Of a stretch of DNA of 64,000 nt, positions 58,590 to 64,000 are shown one piece after another. Location of the stretch: the NCBI GenBank assembly GCA_964036045.1, contig OZ038379.1:57350001-57414000 (forward strand), written 5' to 3'. The position numbers and the translations under genes were made by a program. The stretch's first letter is position 1. The number at the start of each line of letters is the position of its first letter. This DNA comes from Eutreptiella sp. 'Long Island Sound 2002' (taxonomy: Eukaryota; Protista; Euglenida). The notes under the pieces are model-generated. The model saw only the letters and a list, made by a program, of their open reading frames with translations. It ran no database searches and was not told where the DNA came from.

Positions 58590-61240
58590 CCAGTGAGCGG
58601 ATGGCACTCTTACTAGAGCATATTGCGGAGGATCCAGATGCCCCCCCTGCTCACCCATACTCAAAACATGTTGGCTGAAATTGGTATTACAGCTGATGAA
58701 GGCAACGTAGTGTGTTCAACGTTTCGACTGTATCCGAAATACATTACTATAGGCCTGTATTTTTACGTGTCTCTTGCTGTCTGAAGGTCACTGTATTCAG
58801 GCGTTTGGCAGGGTTGGGCAAGCTTATCAAATTCATTGGGCAACCTGCTGCTGACGTAGTCTATGGGATGGAGAAGCGAGATGTTGAACCTGCGCTTGAG
58901 GTTTTCAAAGAGTGCGAAGGATTGATGCCAGACAGACTGTCAGGCATTGTCCTCTACATGTCGGGTACTAAAGGCTCAGTACTAGGTATCAAACGTGAGA
59001 TAAAGATGGCCAGAGTTGAGCATTTGTGGAGTTGGCATGTGCTCCATCCGGATGCAGTCACTGAGGGGTTTGTGCACGAGTCCAGGGGTATGCTGACTTA
59101 TTCTGCATTATTCTGCACTATCAGTGGTACAGATTTCGAACTGTTTTTTTTGTTGCTGACGCTGAGGTGGGCTAAATTTCGCCCAGGTCCCTCGATTCTC
59201 GTTCATAAGCATACCATTTTTGAACTGTCTCATTTGGGTCTTGTGTATACCCTCTGCAGCAAATCTGGGTAATGTGACCATGTGCAAAGAACAATGCCGT
59301 ATTATGGCCCATATCCGGGTCCTGTATGGCAGCTGGGTGTGGAGTCCCGAGTCACCTTGGCCACCGTGGGCTTATGTTGTCAAGGCAGTCTTTTGGAACT
59401 CCGACCTTTACCAAGGGTTACGTGACGGGCTTCGCAAGCCCCGTGTGACACCAAATATTAAAAAGGCTGAGGGTGGGCATATGAGTCTTAAGTTGGGTGA
59501 CGCCATTGTTGAGACAGACGTAGGGAAAGTTCTGAAGGAGGAGGGTAGAGTTGAGCTACTCCCTTTGTGGGCAGGCTGCCTTGTTCCCACCTTTAGTCGT
59601 GCACTGCCATTTGTCTGCATCTTGATTGAGGTCCCACGTATGTGGACGATGGCACTGCACAATATTGTGGCACAATTTGTGTTGAATGGTATTTTGGTGG
59701 CAGTGACTGGTGAGACTGCTGATGTTCGGGCCTGTGTTAGCAACCTGAAAGCTGCCTGTGCTGAGGAATTTTTCCATGCCGATGTCTGTGTGTATAACCT
59801 GTGCGAACCATCAGCACTGTACAACATGGGGCACACTGATGTTGCACTCTGTAGTCTGCATCAGTTTTCGGCACGCCTACCTCAATGCCTTTCTTATATT
59901 CAGTGCCCCCTGACGACTGCCATTCCCGTCGAAGTGTTCTGTTATTTGCTGTATGCTTTGGATTTGATTTAGCAGAATAGTACATGGGTAATGGTCTGCA
60001 CACAGCAGCCAGATTTTTCTGCAGCCCTGTCCATTCAGAGCATATTTTCCGTGAACTTTGCAGTTGCATACCTGTCTGAGGAATAGTCTATTCCTGAGTC
60101 ATTGGTTACTGATTTGAGGGCTGCTGTGTCGAACTGCGACACTGTGGCACCAATGCAGTGGGACCGAGTGTGTGAAGACTTTGCAGACGGGTTTCCAATA
60201 GATTGTACGGGAAGGAGGTATGTAGAGCAAGAAGAGGAGGCCACTCAACCAGAGATCGAGGACCGTGAATCCCAGAAACGCCCCCGCCCCCCCAAAGGCA
60301 ACCGGCAAGCAAGGGGACGGCACCCCCGCCAAGGCCAAAAAATCAAAGGCTGGAGCATGCCCCTCACAATAGAGCCCCAAGCCTAGTGCACAGCCTCCAC
60401 CCAACAAGGCGCTCGGCACGTTTGCAGCCCACTTCACACCGTCCCAGCAGACACAGAATGGACGTGGTGCCACTGGTAGCGCTAACACTGCGATGTCTGG
60501 TGACCAGGCAGGACAGGCAAATGGTGGGCAGTTTTCCTGGTAAGGGTGCCAAACCAAAGGCACCTGGCCTGAGGAAGCGGCGATAGAGTGACAGTGGTGT
60601 GTGATGTGACTGCTGTGTTGTACGTCTTCCCTGTTACACGTCACAATGGGGTTGTGCGCTGTCTCTGCAGATGCCATTGACGTCTTGAGCACTGTTTTTT
60701 TGTGTTTTGCTAAAGCTGGAAGAAATTTCGCCCAGGTTCAGGTATTTCTTGGAATACACGGTTCGTTTTTACATTTTTGCAAAGCTGGACTAAATTTCGC
60801 CCGGAGGTCTCATTAATGGCAAATAGAGACCTTGATTATGATGCATGAATTTGAGTGACTGTCAATTGACAGTTTTTTGGGCACACACAGGGTGCAGCAA
60901 CCCTTGCCAAGTGTGTGCTGCCCTACTTCTTACAATGCATTGCTTTGCAGGTTGATACATTTGTGTGTAACACTGAAAGGTTTGTTGTATTGCTGAAACC
61001 TGCATTCTTCCTCTGCTTTTCCAGTATGCATACATGCTTATTGTGTTTTGACAACTACGATGTGGTTACATGACAATGGCATTTTAGGTAAATAGAGATA
61101 CTCATTTTTTCCTCTCAAGAGCAAGGCGTCCCCTAGGTGCAAAATTCATACCCTGTTTTTTTTGGGGGAGAGGTACAAGATGGCCCCGTGGAGCCTAGCC
61201 TGTGGGTAGGGGGGTGGGCGGTTAGCGTGGCCTAAGTTGT
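58590..61240 (+). repeat. 2.65-kb direct duplication of 50012-52659
   Basis: Colinear, with many substitutions, from CCAGTGAGCGGATGG to GCGTGGCCTAAGTTGT. Confidence 0.95.
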
Positions 61241-61620
61241 AGCTGCTTGTTGGGTGTGAGGGCGGGACGGGGCAGGACAGCGCCACAGTGCTTAGTACAA
61301 GCAAAACCTAGGTTAGCAATAACCTTGGTTTTGCCTCAAAGGGGGAAGGGGGGCAGACTAGGCTACAAGTCGGGAGAGTACCAAGCAGCCACTCCCCTGC
61401 CGCAGTGAAGTGTTCTTTTTTTTGCTTGGGACCATTTCCCGTTGGCGGCTCGCAAGGCGCCTAGCTGTCGTCATGTCCCCTGGGAACCTTGACAACTGCA
61501 CCCTTGAATACCCTTGAGTAGCTGCGAGGACTGAATTTTGGTGTTTTGCAGCTGCTTGTTGGGTGTCAGGGCGGAACAGGGCAGGACATCGTGACAGTGC
61601 TTCAGTACAAGCAAAACCTA

Positions 61621-64000
61621 CGCCCTACCGGTCACCTTCCTCTCCAGGCCGGAAGGCACCGCCGCGGCCAACGTGGCACAAACGGATTGCCTCCTACAAG
61701 AGGCTTGACGGCCCATAAACCGCAAGTATGCGGTGGACCCCGAACCGGAACCCGTGGCCTTCCTCCGCCGATACGGACAGCATGTACGGCGGGTACCCAT
61801 GGTCGCCTAGCTGTTGGATGGCCGCCGCTTGCGCAAGGGCCTCTCCCACAGGAAGCCCTAGGCCTTGGGGCTGGACGGTTGGAGCTTGGCAGACCTCCGC
61901 TCCCTCCCCGACAGGCTGCTGAGTTGGGTGGGGGCCCTCCTCCGAAAGGTGGAGCGTTTGGGCAAGTGGCCGGCGCGCCTAGCTGAGGGCTACACGGCCC
62001 TCATCCCCAACGAGGGGCAGCTAGGACCCCTGAACCCGCCTCCTCACGAGCCTGTCCATGGTCCATAGGCTTTGGGCGGTTGTGTGCTTAGCGGACACCA
62101 TCGCGTGGCAGGAGTCCTGGGCCCATCCGGCGGCCTTCGGCTTCCGCGCGGCCAGGAGCGCCCTGGACGGGGCGGCACTGACGCATGTACTCCTGGAGCT
62201 GTGTCGCCTCCGGCGGTGGGCGGTGGTGGAGATGAGCATCGATGACGTCAAGGGCACGCGCTCGTGTTGGCCGTGGCATTGGAGCTCAACATGGACCCAG
62301 CCAAGTGTTGTGCCCTCGGGGCCATGGACAAGCAGCTCCGCCGGGCCTTCAACGTCGCCTAGGCCGTGGGCTGCTGGCAGGGTGCTACCGATAGCATCCT
62401 CCAAGGCTGCCCCCTGTCGGTGATCCTAGTGAATGTGCTCACCACGATCTAGAACTGCGAGGTGGACTCCCTACGCCAACAGGTGTGCGCGCGGACGGCC
62501 GTCCTCCCCCCCTTTTTGGACGACGAGGCGGCGGACGACCTGGAGCCCCCCCCCCCCCCCCTCCCCTCAGGGATGCGGGGCCCGGGTATGCCGCGTTGGG
62601 GTCGTCGGGCTATGCGGACGACATCCAGGTTGTTGCCCTGCGAGAAGCGTCCCTTGAGGGGATGGTCTCCAGGACCGAGGGGTGGCTCCAGATGAAAGGG
62701 CAGGATGTGCGCGTGGACAAGTAGTGCTCCTTGGTGCAAGGGAAATGAGGGCCCCCACTGGTCCTGCTACGCAGTGTCCTTATCCCAGTGGCGGAAACTC
62801 TCCGTGAGCTCGGGGTGGATGTCGCCATTGCGAGCTCCCAGGTGACGGGGCCGGTGCTGTCCCGACGCTTGGAGGCGGTCCGGAGCGCCCTCCGCTGCCC
62901 CCCCAAGCTTGCCACCTACGAACGCTGGGAGCGGGCCATCAACACGGTGTTCACCCCGCCGGCGCTCCATGGAGTGGCCGTTGCCTCCGTGACGGACTCC
63001 GACGTCCGGGGGTTGCGACCGCGGTACTCAGGGCCTCTGGGGTGCCACGCCCCCGTCCCGAGCCAAGGAGGTCGTCTGCTTCGTCCTGTCCAAGGGTCAC
63101 CACATCTCCCCGGTAATGCACAAGTGTTACGAGCGCCTGCTTTGATTGGCCACGGTAGCCCGGGGACCGGGGGTCACGCAGGTCTTCACCTCGGCCATCT
63201 GGGAATCGGGTGGCCGCCCGCGCGGGACGGGCCCCGTGGGACGCACGCTCCGGAGGGCGTCCGCACTCAAGTGGTGCCCCCGTGAGGGTTGGTGGTGTTG
63301 GGACGTCCCGGGGTAGGAATATCCGCTGCACCTCGTGCAGGAGCCCCTCCGCCAGGTCCAACATCTGGTGCAGGACAGCCTCTGCTGCCATGCCGCGCAC
63401 CTGCAATAGGCGCGCCGCCCTGTCACTTTCGGGGGCCTGGTGGACGGCTCCGATGGCCCCGCCTGCTTTGCGGTGATGCGGGTCGCCTCCACGGAGCTAG
63501 AGAAGTCGTTGCTTCGCGGCCTCATGGCCGGGCCCCTGTGGATGGCAGCGCCGGTTTCCGGCCACTTTATGCCAACCGACTCTGGGTGCCCCCACTGCGG
63601 GGCAGCGCACGAGGATGAGCTTCACGCCCTGTGGGAATGCCTCGAGTGGAAACTGGGCCGGGAGACATGGATCCCCTAGTTCCGAGAAGCGGCGGCGGCT
63701 CTCCCACAGCTGGTGCCGCACGACCATTGGCCGACTCGCCTGCGCAGGGCGGGACTCTTCCCGCTCCGACTTGCATAGGGAGTGGAGAGGGCGCTCCTAG
63801 ATGACTCCGTGTACTGCCTATATGGCATGTACACGGTGGTCCTCGCCGCCTGCATGGTGGCGAGCCGAGGGGACCCGGAGCAGCCAAGGGACTCCCTATT
63901 CCCGGACCAGCCGCGGCCGCGGCCACACAATCCTTTCCCCTGGGAGGATTTCGTATGCCCCCTGCCAGGGGACATGGTCCGCAACCAGCTGTGCCTGCGG
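61621..64000 (+). mobile_element. LINE 3' part: RT and CCHC domain, continues past the window
   Basis: GLDGW; ALIP; FGFR; ILQGCPLSVIL; GYADDI; CPHCGAAHEDELHALWEC. Confidence 0.9.

Larger units (their letters stand above)
54470..61620 (+). mobile_element. YR retrotransposon 2 with split direct repeats
   Basis: A1 54470-~54605 matches A2 61311-~61445; B1 61239-61310 matches B2 61546-61620. CCTA core at both ends and at the junction. Order Gag, YR, RT (5' half missing), RNase H. Confidence 0.9.

Overview
Repeat-dense eukaryotic DNA with no recognisable intact host gene. Two copies of the 26-nt euglenid spliced-leader (SL) exon point to a Euglena/Eutreptiella-type host. Layout: 1-2604 decayed non-LTR retrotransposon pieces. 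2605-14759 is a head-to-tail array of non-autonomous Helentron/DINE-1-like elements (asymmetric inverted repeats, 3' GAA hairpin, ~190-bp internal repeats). About 17200-39320 is a decayed virus-like gene cluster: a double-LamG protein, an S74-chaperone/collagen fibre ending AAFVGCTYHCG, a repeat-shaft tail-fibre protein, a possible capsid-like gene and a SET gene directly downstream of an SL exon and GT-AG intron. That cluster is split by a tyrosine-recombinase (YR) retrotransposon with split direct repeats and a ubiquitin-Gag fusion (28792-36063). 41143-43110 is a Penelope-like RT with no visible endonuclease and a minimal hammerhead motif. About 44700-53300 is a probable large DNA transposon (Academ/DUF6589-like DDE ORF plus a spliced ParB-like gene). 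53560-64000 is a LINE split by a second YR retrotransposon (54470-61620), which carries a 2.65-kb copy of the neighbouring ParB-like locus. Family assignments come from recalled motifs read by eye, not from database searches. Most ORFs carry stops or frameshifts, and boundaries marked ~ are approximate.
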